64,000 bases of DNA from NCBI GenBank assembly GCA_934749845.1, contig CAKVHQ010000006.1, positions 6,194-70,193 of the forward strand, in the 5' to 3' direction. Positions 26,087 to 36,197 of the stretch are shown one piece after another. Position 1 is the first letter of the stretch, and each line of letters starts with the position of its first letter. The stretch is from an uncultured Clostridia bacterium (GTDB taxonomy: Bacteria; Bacillota; Clostridia; Christensenellales; UBA1242). The notes below the pieces were generated by a model. The model ran no database searches. It was given only the letters and a program-made list of their open reading frames with translations, and was not told the origin of the DNA. A program made the translations under genes and the position numbers.

Positions 26087-27844
26087 TTATTCCTCCGTCT
26101 TCTTTGTTTGAATTTCTCTTATTGTTGCTTGCAATTCACTTAAAATTGCCAGTTTTTCGCTTTGAGAAGCGGTTTGCAATTTTATCTGCAAACTGGATTG
26201 TTTTTGTTGAAGAGCCCTTAATTCAAGTTGTTTCAAACAACCTTTGTATTGAAGTTCTTCATTTTTTATTTTGTCAAAATTATAATTTATTATTTGTTTT
26301 AATTGCTCATTTGCATCAATATCGTAGTCATCAAGCACTTGAGAAACTTTTGGGTTATTGTCTATCATGTACTGATTAAATTGACTGTAAAAATTGTTTT
26401 CAAACAAGTTACTGCTAACATCCTTTGCGAATGGTTTTTTGTATAGCCTGCAAGCAAGAACAAATTGCTCTGCTTGGTAAAGTTTATTTTCTTTTGCAGA
26501 GGCAACTGTTACCACTTTTTTCTGTGCAGTTGGCTTTGACTTTTCAAGCAATTTTTTGTTTAGTTCTCGACGCAAAATTTCTTCGTTCATGTTAGCTTTT
26601 TCTGCAACAAGTTTTAAGTATAAATCTCGGTCGGTAACATTTTTGAAAGTTGAAAGCAAGTTTAATGCCGACTCTATAAACTTTGGCACATTATTTTTGT
26701 CCTGCAAATTATATTTTTCAGCCAAAGTGTCAACTTGAAATTCCTTAACAGTTATTGCATTTTCAAGTTGCTTTTCAAAAGCCTCACTTCCGTATGCCTT
26801 GATAAACTCATCTGGGTCCATTTTGTTTGGCAAATTAACAACTTTAACATCAAAGGTGGTGTCTTTTAATAGTTCAACGCTTTTTTCGGTTGCTTTTTTA
26901 CCAGCCGAGTCACCATCAAAGCAAATATAAATGCTATCAACAAATTTGCTAATTGTGTTTATGTGATTTTCGTTAAAGGCTGTTCCAAGAGTTGCGATTG
27001 CGTTTTTATAGCCCGCTTGATACAAACTTACAACATCAATTTGTCCTTCAACCAAAATTGCGTAATTTTTATTTTCTACCCTTGCTTTTCTTAAATTATT
27101 TAACCCAAAAAGCAAAGTGCTTTTGTTAAAAATTTCGGTTGCTTGAGTGTTTTTATATTTTGCAAGTGCGTCATTATCAAGTGCCCTGCCAGAAAATCCC
27201 ACAACTTTGCCAACATGATTAAAAATTGGAAACACAAGACGCTGTGCCATGGCATCGTATAGCCTACCATTTTTTTCGTTAGCCACCCCTGCATTAAGCA
27301 TTTCTTGTTGTGAAATTTTAAGTGAAGATAAATATGTAATAAGTCCTTGCCAATTTGGGCTATAACCTATGCCTAGTTTAGTGACTGTTTCATCACTAAT
27401 TTGCCTTTTTTGAAGATAATTTCGGGCAACTTGTCCAGTTGGTTTTAAAAGTTCAGCATGATAGAATTTGGCACTTTCTGTTACAATATAAATAAGTCTA
27501 TCTCGTTCTTTTTTCTTTTTAATAATATTCTCGTCGCCAGTAAACTCTGGAACTTCCATATTTATGCTTTCGGCAAGATTTTTAACCGTTTGCATAAAGT
27601 CGATGCCTTCGATGTGTTGAACAAACGAAATAACATCGCCACCAACCCCACATCCAAAGCAGTGATAGTAACCTTCGTATTCATTCACGGCAAACGATGG
27701 AGTTTTTTCATGATGAAACGGACAGCAACCCCAATAGGTTCTGCCCTTTCGTTGAAGTGGAACATATCTTGAAACAACAGAAACAATGTTGCAACCAGAT
27801 TTCAACTTCGATAAAAAATTTTGTGAATAGCCTTTATCCTGCAT
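26087..27844 (-). CDS. dnaG: DNA primase
   Basis: Zinc finger CCPFHHEKTPSF...CFGCG and a TOPRIM domain (EGQIDVVSL...CFDGDSAGKKA). Confidence 0.95.
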   Translation of the reverse strand: MQDKGYSQNFLSKLKSGCNIVSVVSRYVPLQRKGRTYWGCCPFHHEKTPSFAVNEYEGYYHCFGCGVGGDVISFVQHIEGIDFMQTVKNLAESINMEVPEFTGDENIIKKKKERDRLIYIVTESAKFYHAELLKPTGQVARNYLQKRQISDETVTKLGIGYSPNWQGLITYLSSLKISQQEMLNAGVANEKNGRLYDAMAQRLVFPIFNHVGKVVGFSGRALDNDALAKYKNTQATEIFNKSTLLFGLNNLRKARVENKNYAILVEGQIDVVSLYQAGYKNAIATLGTAFNENHINTISKFVDSIYICFDGDSAGKKATEKSVELLKDTTFDVKVVNLPNKMDPDEFIKAYGSEAFEKQLENAITVKEFQVDTLAEKYNLQDKNNVPKFIESALNLLSTFKNVTDRDLYLKLVAEKANMNEEILRRELNKKLLEKSKPTAQKKVVTVASAKENKLYQAEQFVLACRLYKKPFAKDVSSNLFENNFYSQFNQYMIDNNPKVSQVLDDYDIDANEQLKQIINYNFDKIKNEELQYKGCLKQLELRALQQKQSSLQIKLQTASQSEKLAILSELQATIREIQTKKTEE

Positions 27845-28055
27845 AGTCCCCGCTTTTAATGATAATTTTTCTCACTGATAATTAGTATCAACAAGTGATT
27901 GAGAATTAAACTCATTTATCGCAAAAAAATAAATACACTTATATATTCGACACTTTTTTGAAAAAACCTTTATTTTTTTAAAAATATTTTTAAATTAAGC
28001 ATAAAAAAGCCAAATAGAGCATATATTCTCCACTTGGCTTGGTGTTTTAATCTAA

Positions 28056-30827
28056 TTATGACCACAAGTAAACATAAGCCGATTTAAGTTTTTCTGGCTT
28101 TGTTGCCTTTACTATTCCCTTACCCTTTGTGGTTCTATTTTCAACTGCAACTTGTTCTGATTTAACCGAAATCACTTTGTTTTTATCATTCAAAGCATAA
28201 ATTTCAAAATCACTTCTAACAACTTTTGCAAATAGGATGATAGCATCATTTTTGTCAAACGATATTACTTTCACGCCTTTTCGGTTTCTACCAAGCACAT
28301 CAATTTGACTTAATTCAACTTGTTTTGCATAGCCGTAGTTTGTAACAAGAAGAACTTTATTTTTTTGGTCAACTTGGCTTGCGTAAATCACTTTGTCGCC
28401 TTCACTTAAGTTTATTCCTTTAACGCCACTAGCGGTTTTGCTTTGCGAAGGAACATCGCTTATGTTTGCGTTAAGTGCAATTCCCTTTTGGGTTACAAAC
28501 AAAAGTGTCTTATCCTTTTCAACTTTTTGAATGGAAATTAGTGATTGATTTTCGTCTAACTTAAAGAACACAAAAGATTGCTTTTTAACATCAAATTCGG
28601 CTAAATCGCATTTTCTAATTAGTCCATCGCTTGTTGTGAACAAAAGTTGTCCTTTTGGAAGCGAGTTTTTGTAGTCTAGAATATACAAAATTCTCTCGTC
28701 TTTTTGATAGCCCAAAAGTTCATCGGTAAGCAAAGTTCCACGGTCTTTCCAACGGGCTTCCATAATCCTGTCTTGACTAATTTTGTAACAATTTCCTTTA
28801 TTTGAAAATAATAACAAATCTTTATCTGTTTGAGTTTTAAATATGATTGAATGCACTTCGTTTAATGTGCTTGTTGCACTAGCACTTCTAGCACTAATCA
28901 TAAAACTTTTTTCAGGAATTTTTTTAAGAGCATTTCTTTCACTATAAGCAATGTAAATATCTTTAACTGGCTTTGCAATAATGTCGTCTGCAATGTCAAA
29001 TTTATTTTCATCGCTTTCAATTTCTGTTTCTCTTTTTTTGCCGTATTTAGTTTTAATTGCAAGCATTTCAGTCTTAACGGTTTCCATTTGAAGTTTTTTG
29101 GAATTTACTATTGCTTTAAGTTTTTTAATTTGTTTTTCCAAACTTGCTAATTCTTCTTCAATTTTTCCAACTTCCAAACTTGTAAGTCTTGCTAGTCTCA
29201 TATCCAAAATTGCTTGTGCTTGAATGTCAGTTAAGTCGAATCTGCTCATAAGTCTTTGTTTTGCTTCAACTGTTCCTGCACTTGTTTTGATAATTTTAAT
29301 TACTTCATCAATATTTTGAATAGCAATTAAAAGTCCTTTCAAAATATGGGCCCTGTCTTCGCAGGCTTTTAAGTCGAATTTGCTTCTTCTTAAAATAACT
29401 TGTTGCTGATAGTTTACATAAAACGAAAGTATTTGTTTTATATTCATTAGTAGTGGCTTTCCGTTTGCAATCGCAACCATGTTAATGCCAAAGGTGGTTT
29501 GCAAATCGCTGTATTTAAACAAGAAATTAAGAATTTTTTCTGGGTTTGAATCTTTTTTGCAGGTTATAACTGCTCTAACACCATTTCGGTCACTTTCGTC
29601 ACGAATATCTGTTATTGCGCCCAAAATTTCTTTATGTTTTTCTCTTAAATCAACAATTTTTTGAAGCAAAGCAGATTTATTAACTTGATATGGAAATTCG
29701 GTTATAACAATGTTAGTTTTGTCGCCTTTTTCTGCTTCAAAATGTGTTTTTGCTCTAACCAAAATTTTGCCTTTACCTGTTTCGTAGGCTTGTTTCAGTT
29801 CTCCGCTTCCCAAAATTATTCCGCCAGTTGGAAAGTCTGGTCCTTTTAAAATTTTCATAATATCAGGAATCGAAATATCCGGGTTATCAATTACTGCAAT
29901 AGATGCGTCGATACACTCTGCTAGGTTATGAGTTGGAATGTTTGTTGCAAGTCCAACAGCAATTCCCGATGCTCCGTTAACAAGAAGATTTGGAAATCTT
30001 CCCGGAAGCATATCAGGTTCTAGCCTACTATCATCGTAGTTGTACGACCACCTTACTGTATCTTTTTCAATATCTCTTAATAATTCAAGTGCCAAAGGTG
30101 CAAGTTTTGCCTCGGTGTAACGCATAGCCGCTGCACCATCTCCATCAACAGAACCAAAGTTACCATGTCCGTCAATAAGCACTTCTTTCATATTGAAGGT
30201 TTGAGCAAGTCTAACAAGTGCGTTATAAACACTGGTATCGCCATGTGGATGATATTTACCAAGAACATATCCAACAGTGTTTGCACATTTTCGATATGGC
30301 TTGTCTGGAGTTAAACCTTCTTCATACATAGCATACAAAATTCTTCTTTGAACAGGTTTTAAACCATCTTCAACTCTTGGCAAAGCCCTGTCCATAATAA
30401 CATACTCACTATATGGAATCATGCTGTCGTGAAGAACATGGTCCAAACTTTTTAATAAGTTGCCCGAGTCGTCCCTATCAAATGTGCTTTCATAGGTGTG
30501 TTCTTCTTCGTCACTAACAGGCTCTTCTGTAGGCTGTTCATCCATCTCTCTTTCAACTTCTGCTTCTAAATCTTCTTCAACAGGTTTTTCATCTTGTTTT
30601 TTTGCCTTTTTTGCAACTTTTTTTGTTGATTTTTTCTCTTCTTTCGTGGCTTTTAAAGTTTCTTCTTCAACAATGCTTGGCTTATCAGTTAACACTTTTG
30701 GCGAAGACTTTGTTTTTTTAGGTTTTTCAATGTCGTCAAAAGATAATTGAGTGTTTGTTACTTTATGTTTTTTTCTAGTTTCTTCTTTATCTTCAACTTT
30801 TTCTATATCTCTTTCATCAAAAATCAT
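28056..30827 (-). CDS. parC: type IIA topoisomerase subunit A, topo IV (ParC)-like, with a charged N-terminal extension of about 128 aa
   Basis: The core has DGLKPVQRRILYAM, GKYHPHGD and AAMRYTE (catalytic Tyr). I found no GyrA-box (QRRGGKG) in the C-terminal beta-pinwheel. The locus is not in a dnaA/recF context. Confidence 0.65.
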   Translation of the reverse strand: MIFDERDIEKVEDKEETRKKHKVTNTQLSFDDIEKPKKTKSSPKVLTDKPSIVEEETLKATKEEKKSTKKVAKKAKKQDEKPVEEDLEAEVEREMDEQPTEEPVSDEEEHTYESTFDRDDSGNLLKSLDHVLHDSMIPYSEYVIMDRALPRVEDGLKPVQRRILYAMYEEGLTPDKPYRKCANTVGYVLGKYHPHGDTSVYNALVRLAQTFNMKEVLIDGHGNFGSVDGDGAAAMRYTEAKLAPLALELLRDIEKDTVRWSYNYDDSRLEPDMLPGRFPNLLVNGASGIAVGLATNIPTHNLAECIDASIAVIDNPDISIPDIMKILKGPDFPTGGIILGSGELKQAYETGKGKILVRAKTHFEAEKGDKTNIVITEFPYQVNKSALLQKIVDLREKHKEILGAITDIRDESDRNGVRAVITCKKDSNPEKILNFLFKYSDLQTTFGINMVAIANGKPLLMNIKQILSFYVNYQQQVILRRSKFDLKACEDRAHILKGLLIAIQNIDEVIKIIKTSAGTVEAKQRLMSRFDLTDIQAQAILDMRLARLTSLEVGKIEEELASLEKQIKKLKAIVNSKKLQMETVKTEMLAIKTKYGKKRETEIESDENKFDIADDIIAKPVKDIYIAYSERNALKKIPEKSFMISARSASATSTLNEVHSIIFKTQTDKDLLLFSNKGNCYKISQDRIMEARWKDRGTLLTDELLGYQKDERILYILDYKNSLPKGQLLFTTSDGLIRKCDLAEFDVKKQSFVFFKLDENQSLISIQKVEKDKTLLFVTQKGIALNANISDVPSQSKTASGVKGINLSEGDKVIYASQVDQKNKVLLVTNYGYAKQVELSQIDVLGRNRKGVKVISFDKNDAIILFAKVVRSDFEIYALNDKNKVISVKSEQVAVENRTTKGKGIVKATKPEKLKSAYVYLWS

Positions 30828-32794
30828 TATTTATCATCTCCGTCCTTTTTAAAATTGTCAACTCTGTTAAAATCGGCGTATTGAGAAATATATTTTTTTC
30901 TTGCATCAACATTATCGCCCATCAATGTTGTTATTAGCGTTTCTGCTTTAAGAGCATCATCTATTGTAACTTTAACAAGTAAGCGATTTTTTGGATTTAA
31001 AGTTGTTTCCCAAAGTTGTTCTGGGTTCATTTCTCCAAGTCCTTTGTATCGTTGAACTTGTGCACCTCTACCAACAAATTTTTTCTTTTCTTCAAGGTCC
31101 GCGTCAGTATAGGCATAAGCAATTTTATTTTTTGTGTAAACTTTATATAGTGGTGGCATACCAAGATAAATGTTACCATTTAAAATTAATTCACGCATGT
31201 ATCTATAGAAGAATGTTAACAAAATGCATTTTATATGTTCACCGTCTTGGTCGGCATCGGCTAGAATTACAACTTTGTGAAATTTTAAATTTTCAAGTTT
31301 AAACGAGTTTGAAATTCCTGTTCCAAGTGCACCAATAATTGTTCTAATTTCTTCGTTTTGAAGAACTTGTTCGAGCCTTGTTTTTTCAACATTAAGTGGC
31401 TTGCCTCGAAGTGGTAAAATTGCTTGGAAAAATCTATCTCTACCCTGCTTTGCACTTCCGCCAGCACTGTTTCCTTCCACGATAAATAGTTCGTTAAGTT
31501 CTGGCTTTCTGCCCGAACAGTTTGCAAGTTTTCCAACAAGGCTTATCGTTTCGGCACTGTTAATTTGTCTTGCATGCTCTTTGGCTTTTTTGGCAGCCTC
31601 TCTAACCTTTGCTGCGCCTTTTGCCTTTTCAATAATTTTTTCAAACGCCTTTTTATTGTCGTTTTTAATTAAAACTTTGGCAAGTTCTTCACAAACAATG
31701 CTTTCAACTTCCACTCTTGCTTCTGGGTTGCCAAGTTTTGTTTTGGTTTGACCTTCAAACTGAACATTACGCATTTTAACCGTAAGCACGCATGTCAAGC
31801 CTTCTCTAAAATCGTCGCCTAACAAGTTTGCGTCTTTATCTTTCAAAAAGTTTAACTTTCTTGCGCAGTCATTAAACATTTTTGTCATCGCGCTTCTTAA
31901 TCCCGTTTCGTGAGTTCCGCCCTCGCTTGTTGGAATGTTATTAACATACGATAACATCGTTTCGCTGTAGTCGCTTGTGTGAATAAACGCAACTTCAACT
32001 TTCATTATGTCACTAGCCCCAGCCATGTAAAATGGGGTGTCGTATAACTTTGTTTTTGCTTCGGTTAAGTATGAAACAAAGTCGGCAATTCCGCCAGTGT
32101 ATTTAAATTGTTTAACAACAGGTCGTTTATTTTCGTCCACTCTTTCGTCAACAAGTATAATTTCTATTCCCTTGTTTAAAAACGCAAGTTCTTTAAGCCT
32201 GTTTGCAACGATGTTGTAATCAAAAGTCGTGGTTTCGCCAAACACTCTTTTATCAGGTTTAAATCTAACCAAAGTTCCAGTCGATTTACTTTCGCCAACA
32301 ACTGTTAATGGCTTAACTGTGTGACCACTTTTAATATGTCCATCTTTTTCGGTTACGCTTTCAAATCTAATATTATATCGTTTGTTATCTCTATCAACAA
32401 AAACTTCGCACCATTCACTTAAAGCATTGGTTACACTTGCACCAACGCCATGCAAACCACCCGAGTATTGATAGTTTTGACTTTCAAACTTACCACCAGC
32501 ATGAAGTTGAGTGAAAACAACTTCAACACCGCTTATGCCAAGTTTTGGATGCTTATCTGTTGGAATACCCCTGCCATTATCAACAACAGAAGCACTTCCG
32601 TCTGTGTGCAAAGTTACCGCAATTTTATTTCCATATCCGTTTGCAATTTCATCAATAGCATTATCTACAATTTCCCAAAGCAAGTGATGAAGCCCCTTTG
32701 AGCCAGTTGTTCCAATATACATTCCGGGACGCATTCTAACTGCATCTAGCCCTTCCAAAACAACTATATCTTTAGAATTATAACTTTTTGCCAA
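30827..32794 (-). CDS. parE: type IIA topoisomerase subunit B, topo IV (ParE)-like
   Basis: GHKL ATPase domain (GLHHLLWEIVDNAIDE, GGLHGVGASV) and TOPRIM domain (EGNSAGGSAKQGRDR, PLRGK, DADQDGEHI). TTG start with AAGGAG. Its stop overlaps the parC start (TAATG). Confidence 0.65.
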   Translation of the reverse strand: MAKSYNSKDIVVLEGLDAVRMRPGMYIGTTGSKGLHHLLWEIVDNAIDEIANGYGNKIAVTLHTDGSASVVDNGRGIPTDKHPKLGISGVEVVFTQLHAGGKFESQNYQYSGGLHGVGASVTNALSEWCEVFVDRDNKRYNIRFESVTEKDGHIKSGHTVKPLTVVGESKSTGTLVRFKPDKRVFGETTTFDYNIVANRLKELAFLNKGIEIILVDERVDENKRPVVKQFKYTGGIADFVSYLTEAKTKLYDTPFYMAGASDIMKVEVAFIHTSDYSETMLSYVNNIPTSEGGTHETGLRSAMTKMFNDCARKLNFLKDKDANLLGDDFREGLTCVLTVKMRNVQFEGQTKTKLGNPEARVEVESIVCEELAKVLIKNDNKKAFEKIIEKAKGAAKVREAAKKAKEHARQINSAETISLVGKLANCSGRKPELNELFIVEGNSAGGSAKQGRDRFFQAILPLRGKPLNVEKTRLEQVLQNEEIRTIIGALGTGISNSFKLENLKFHKVVILADADQDGEHIKCILLTFFYRYMRELILNGNIYLGMPPLYKVYTKNKIAYAYTDADLEEKKKFVGRGAQVQRYKGLGEMNPEQLWETTLNPKNRLLVKVTIDDALKAETLITTLMGDNVDARKKYISQYADFNRVDNFKKDGDDK

Positions 32795-33057
32795 AATTTT
32801 TCTCCTTAAATTAGGTATTTTTATTCTAATTTTTCACAATTATTATGATAGCACAACAATTTTATTTTTAAAAGACTTTTGTTGAAATATTTTTTATAAA
32901 AATTCACATTTTACTTTACATAATGTTTTCCATGTTGTTTAAATGAAAAAGTTGTGCATATTTATAAGTTTTATTGTATTTTTATTCACTTTTTAAAAAC
33001 TATATAAAAATTATAATTCAACAAAAAGTTGCATAAAATAACACTAGCGGAGAAGTT

Positions 33058-34104
33058 ATGAAAAAGAAAATTGTTTTAACGGGTGGCGGAACTGCTGGAC
33101 ACATAACGCCACATTTGGCACTTATGCCATATTTAAAAAGAGATTTCGATTTTGCCTATATTGGCTCAAAAAACAGCATGGAGCAAAAAATGATGCAAGA
33201 TTTAATGCCATTCTATGCTATTGAAACCACAAAGTTAAAAAGAAAGTTATCCCTATCTAACCTTCTTATTCCATTCAAACTTGTTAAGGGAATTTGCCAA
33301 GCAAAAAAATTGTTAAAAAAAATTAAGCCTAACATAATTTTTAGCAAGGGTGGTTTTGTTGCCGTTCCAGTTGTTATTGCAGGACACATGCTTAAAATTC
33401 CAGTTATAACTCATGAAAGCGATTATAGTTTAGGGCTAGCAAACAAACTTATTAAAAACAAATGCACCTATGTTTGCACTTCTTTTGATGTTACATGCAA
33501 AAACCTGAAAAATGGAATTTTTACAGGAAGTCCAATTAGAGAGCAAATTTTTAAGGGAAATAAGCAAAATATTTATAAAAAATACAATTTTGATAAGTCC
33601 AAAAAAAGCATACTTTTTATTGGTGGAAGTTTGGGAAGCCAAAGCATCAATAGTACCGTTTTTGGTACATTAAAACAATTAACAGAAAAATATAATGTCT
33701 TGCATATCGTGGGAAAAAATAATATTAACGAAAATGTAAAATACAATAATTATGTGCAACTTGAATTTACCAACACTGTTGAAGATGCTTTTGACTTTGC
33801 CGATGTTGTTGTAACTCGAGGCGGAGCGAATGTTTTGTTTGAACTACTTGCAATTAACAAACCTATGTTAATTATTCCACTTAGCAAAGGAGAAAGTCGT
33901 GGCGACCAAATTTTAAATGCAAATTACTTTAAGCAAAAAGGTTATGCGAATGTTTTGATGGAAGAAGAGCTATCGCCTAAGACTTTGCTTAAAGAAATTG
34001 AAAACACATTAAACAATGCTGAAAATTTCAAAAAAAACATGAAAAATCAAACAACAAATGGCACAAAAAAGATTGCCAATTTAATCAAAAAAAATGCAAA
34101 ATAA
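33058..34104 (+). CDS. murG: undecaprenyldiphospho-muramoylpentapeptide beta-N-acetylglucosaminyltransferase
   Basis: N-terminal LTGGGTAGHITP glycine loop and a C-terminal GT28 domain (VVTRGGANVLFELLAINKPMLIIPL). Confidence 0.85.
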   Translation: MKKKIVLTGGGTAGHITPHLALMPYLKRDFDFAYIGSKNSMEQKMMQDLMPFYAIETTKLKRKLSLSNLLIPFKLVKGICQAKKLLKKIKPNIIFSKGGFVAVPVVIAGHMLKIPVITHESDYSLGLANKLIKNKCTYVCTSFDVTCKNLKNGIFTGSPIREQIFKGNKQNIYKKYNFDKSKKSILFIGGSLGSQSINSTVFGTLKQLTEKYNVLHIVGKNNINENVKYNNYVQLEFTNTVEDAFDFADVVVTRGGANVLFELLAINKPMLIIPLSKGESRGDQILNANYFKQKGYANVLMEEELSPKTLLKEIENTLNNAENFKKNMKNQTTNGTKKIANLIKKNAK

Positions 34105-34118
34105 ACTTTTGCATTTTT

Positions 34119-34445
34119 TTATAATTGATAAATTTTATTGATTTTTTCAATTAAAATATTGTTTTTTACACTTTTTTCTTGCGATTTTAATAATTTTAAT
34201 AAATACTTTACTTCTTCAAGCGTTAAGAAATTATCATCAATTTTGAAACTAGAATCAATTTCCATTCCACCATTCTTTCCGCTAAAACATATTATTGGTA
34301 CGCCCGAAGCCGACAATATATCAACATACCTATACACTGTTCTTATGCTTATTTCAAAATCTTCACTTAATTCTCTTGCTTTCACTCTGTTATTACGCAT
34401 TAACTTGAAAACAATTCCTATTGCTACGCTACTTTCCATGCACAT
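34119..34445 (-). CDS. HTH_11/DeoR-like DNA-binding protein (108 aa), a YafY-like N-terminal domain without a WYL domain
   Basis: VKARELSEDFEISIRTVYRYVDILSASGVPI...GKNGG. Confidence 0.6.
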   Translation of the reverse strand: MCMESSVAIGIVFKLMRNNRVKARELSEDFEISIRTVYRYVDILSASGVPIICFSGKNGGMEIDSSFKIDDNFLTLEEVKYLLKLLKSQEKSVKNNILIEKINKIYQL

Positions 34446-34500
34446 AGTCTAATACGATAAATTCACAAAGTCAAGTATTTTAGAACATTTGTTCGATTTT

Positions 34501-35688
34501 TTATATAACCTTACTTTCAAACACAAAAGTGTTTTGATTTCTCTCTTTATGCTCTAGTATTGCAATATCAATTATATAATCTAATTCATCTTTAAAAGAG
34601 ATGCCTTTATATTCCCATAAATAGAATGCAAGTGAGCCGGGAATTGTATTAACTTCATTAACATAAAGTACCTTTTTTGTCTCATCAAACATAAAATCTA
34701 TTCTAATAACGCCCTTGCATTTTAAGCCTATAAAAATCTCTTTTGCATACTTTTCAACAAGCGATTTTGTTTTATCATCAATATTCGCTGGCACAATTCG
34801 ACTTAACGACTGCATGCCATTTTTTATTCCCTTTTTTAATGATTGTTGTTTTTTAACGGCACATTGTTCAGTTTTTGTTGGTTTGAATTTTAATTTACCA
34901 TTATTTTTCTCTCCGCAGTATTTATCAGTAAAAGTTAATAATTCATGGCTTGTTACAGGTTGCTCTGTCGTGCTTAATTTTATATCGTCTTTATACCCAA
35001 GAACACTTATGTTAATTTCTTTTAGTTTTTTTATTGCCTTTTCGATAACCACACAATCATCAAACTTAAAAGCAAGTTCAAGCGCCGACTTTAATTGTTT
35101 ATTGTTTTTGCAAAAACTAATGCCTATACTTGAGCCTAGTCTGTTTGGCTTCACTACTACTGGGAAAATTAAACCATCTAGTTTGATTTTATTGCCAAGT
35201 TTTTCAAATTCGGCTTTAGTTAGAGTAAGATAAGGCACAACGGGAATATTAAAACTTTCAAACATTTGTTTTTGAGCGATTTTGTCTATGCCTATGCTAC
35301 TAGCAAGTATTCCACTTGAAGAATAAGGAATGTTTGATAGTTCCATTAAGCCTTGCAAAGTGCCGTCTTCGCCATTCATACCATGCATAATTATAAATGC
35401 GCAGTCGATTTTCTTGTATGGCACATATTTTCCAAGTTTTTTAACAAAAAGCATATCACTGCATGGCAAAATTGCAACTTGTTTAAGATTTTTGCAATTA
35501 AAATTTTTGAAACTTTCGATTTTTTTAAGTTTCTCGCCATAAAACCATTTTGATTCTTTAGTTATGTAAACTGGAAAAATTTCATATTTTTGCTTATCAA
35601 ACGCTTCCATTGCTTGCAAACTAGACAGAATGCTTATATCATGCTCGGTCGATTTTCCACCAAAAATAACCATTATATTCTTTTTCAT
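34501..35688 (-). CDS. ddl: D-alanine--D-alanine ligase
   Basis: IMVIFGGKSTEHDISILS at the N-terminus, an ATP-grasp core, and C-terminal RIDFMFDE...YVNEVNTIPGSLAFYLW. The ATG at 35688 is preceded by AGAGGTGA. Confidence 0.9.
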   Translation of the reverse strand: MKKNIMVIFGGKSTEHDISILSSLQAMEAFDKQKYEIFPVYITKESKWFYGEKLKKIESFKNFNCKNLKQVAILPCSDMLFVKKLGKYVPYKKIDCAFIIMHGMNGEDGTLQGLMELSNIPYSSSGILASSIGIDKIAQKQMFESFNIPVVPYLTLTKAEFEKLGNKIKLDGLIFPVVVKPNRLGSSIGISFCKNNKQLKSALELAFKFDDCVVIEKAIKKLKEINISVLGYKDDIKLSTTEQPVTSHELLTFTDKYCGEKNNGKLKFKPTKTEQCAVKKQQSLKKGIKNGMQSLSRIVPANIDDKTKSLVEKYAKEIFIGLKCKGVIRIDFMFDETKKVLYVNEVNTIPGSLAFYLWEYKGISFKDELDYIIDIAILEHKERNQNTFVFESKVI

Positions 35689-35946
35689 ACTCACCTCTTA
35701 CACATATTTTAAGTATGAAAAAAAACAGCATATTGTTAAAACTATTTTATCTTAACGCCATATTCGTTTAGTTTTGGCGTTTTAAAAGTTTTAAATAGTC
35801 TTCATCATGGTTGTTTTTTCTAGTTTTTTTACTATTTGACTTATTTTCAAATTGAATTTGTTTAGATTTTAAATTAATGTCAATATTTTATTAGGTCTTT
35901 AGACATATGTCAAGTCCATTGACCTAAACTAGTATAGAATGAAATT

Positions 35947-36144
35947 ATGAAATACAGCGAAATAATAAAAGATTTAATGATTGAAAATAAATTAACACAG
36001 CAAAAAATGGCTGAAATTTTGCAAGTCAATCAAACAACAATTAGTCAATGGCTACTTGCTAAAAAGAAGCCTTCTTTTGACAACATCGTTTCAATATACA
36101 CACATTTTGGGATAACACCAAACGAACTTTTGGGCATTGAATAA
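35947..36144 (+). CDS. XRE-family HTH regulator (65 aa)
   Basis: LTQQKMAEILQVNQTTISQWLLAKKKPSFDNIVSIYTHFGITPNELLG. An inverted repeat GTCAA-N5-TTGAC sits in its promoter at about 35909-35923. Confidence 0.75.
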   Translation: MKYSEIIKDLMIENKLTQQKMAEILQVNQTTISQWLLAKKKPSFDNIVSIYTHFGITPNELLGIE

Positions 36145-36197
36145 CAAAAAAGCCTATTAGTTTTAAATAGACTTTCAAAGTATCCTTTTTAGCAGTT

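Noticed and set aside
28056-32794. Calling this pair DNA gyrase (gyrB/gyrA).
   Set aside because: I see no GyrA-box (QRRGGKG-like) in the C-terminal domain of the A subunit. The locus is next to dnaG/sigA rather than dnaA-dnaN-recF. Topo IV-like is therefore preferred, but phylogeny is needed, and the B subunit's PLRGKPLNVEK is gyrB-like.
34138-35233. Plus-strand ORFs of 104 aa (34138-34452) and 172 aa (34715-35233).
   Set aside because: They are antisense to the HTH_11 gene and to ddl respectively. The minus-strand products carry recognisable motifs and the plus-strand ones do not.
34501-35688. An apparent insertion of about 40 aa in Ddl (…EKNNGKLKFKPTKTEQCAVKKQQSLKKGIKNGMQSLSR…).
   Set aside because: To my recollection, a comparable Lys/Gly-rich segment before the …PA.I motif occurs in a known subgroup of clostridial Ddl enzymes. 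It is probably a lineage variant, not a novelty.
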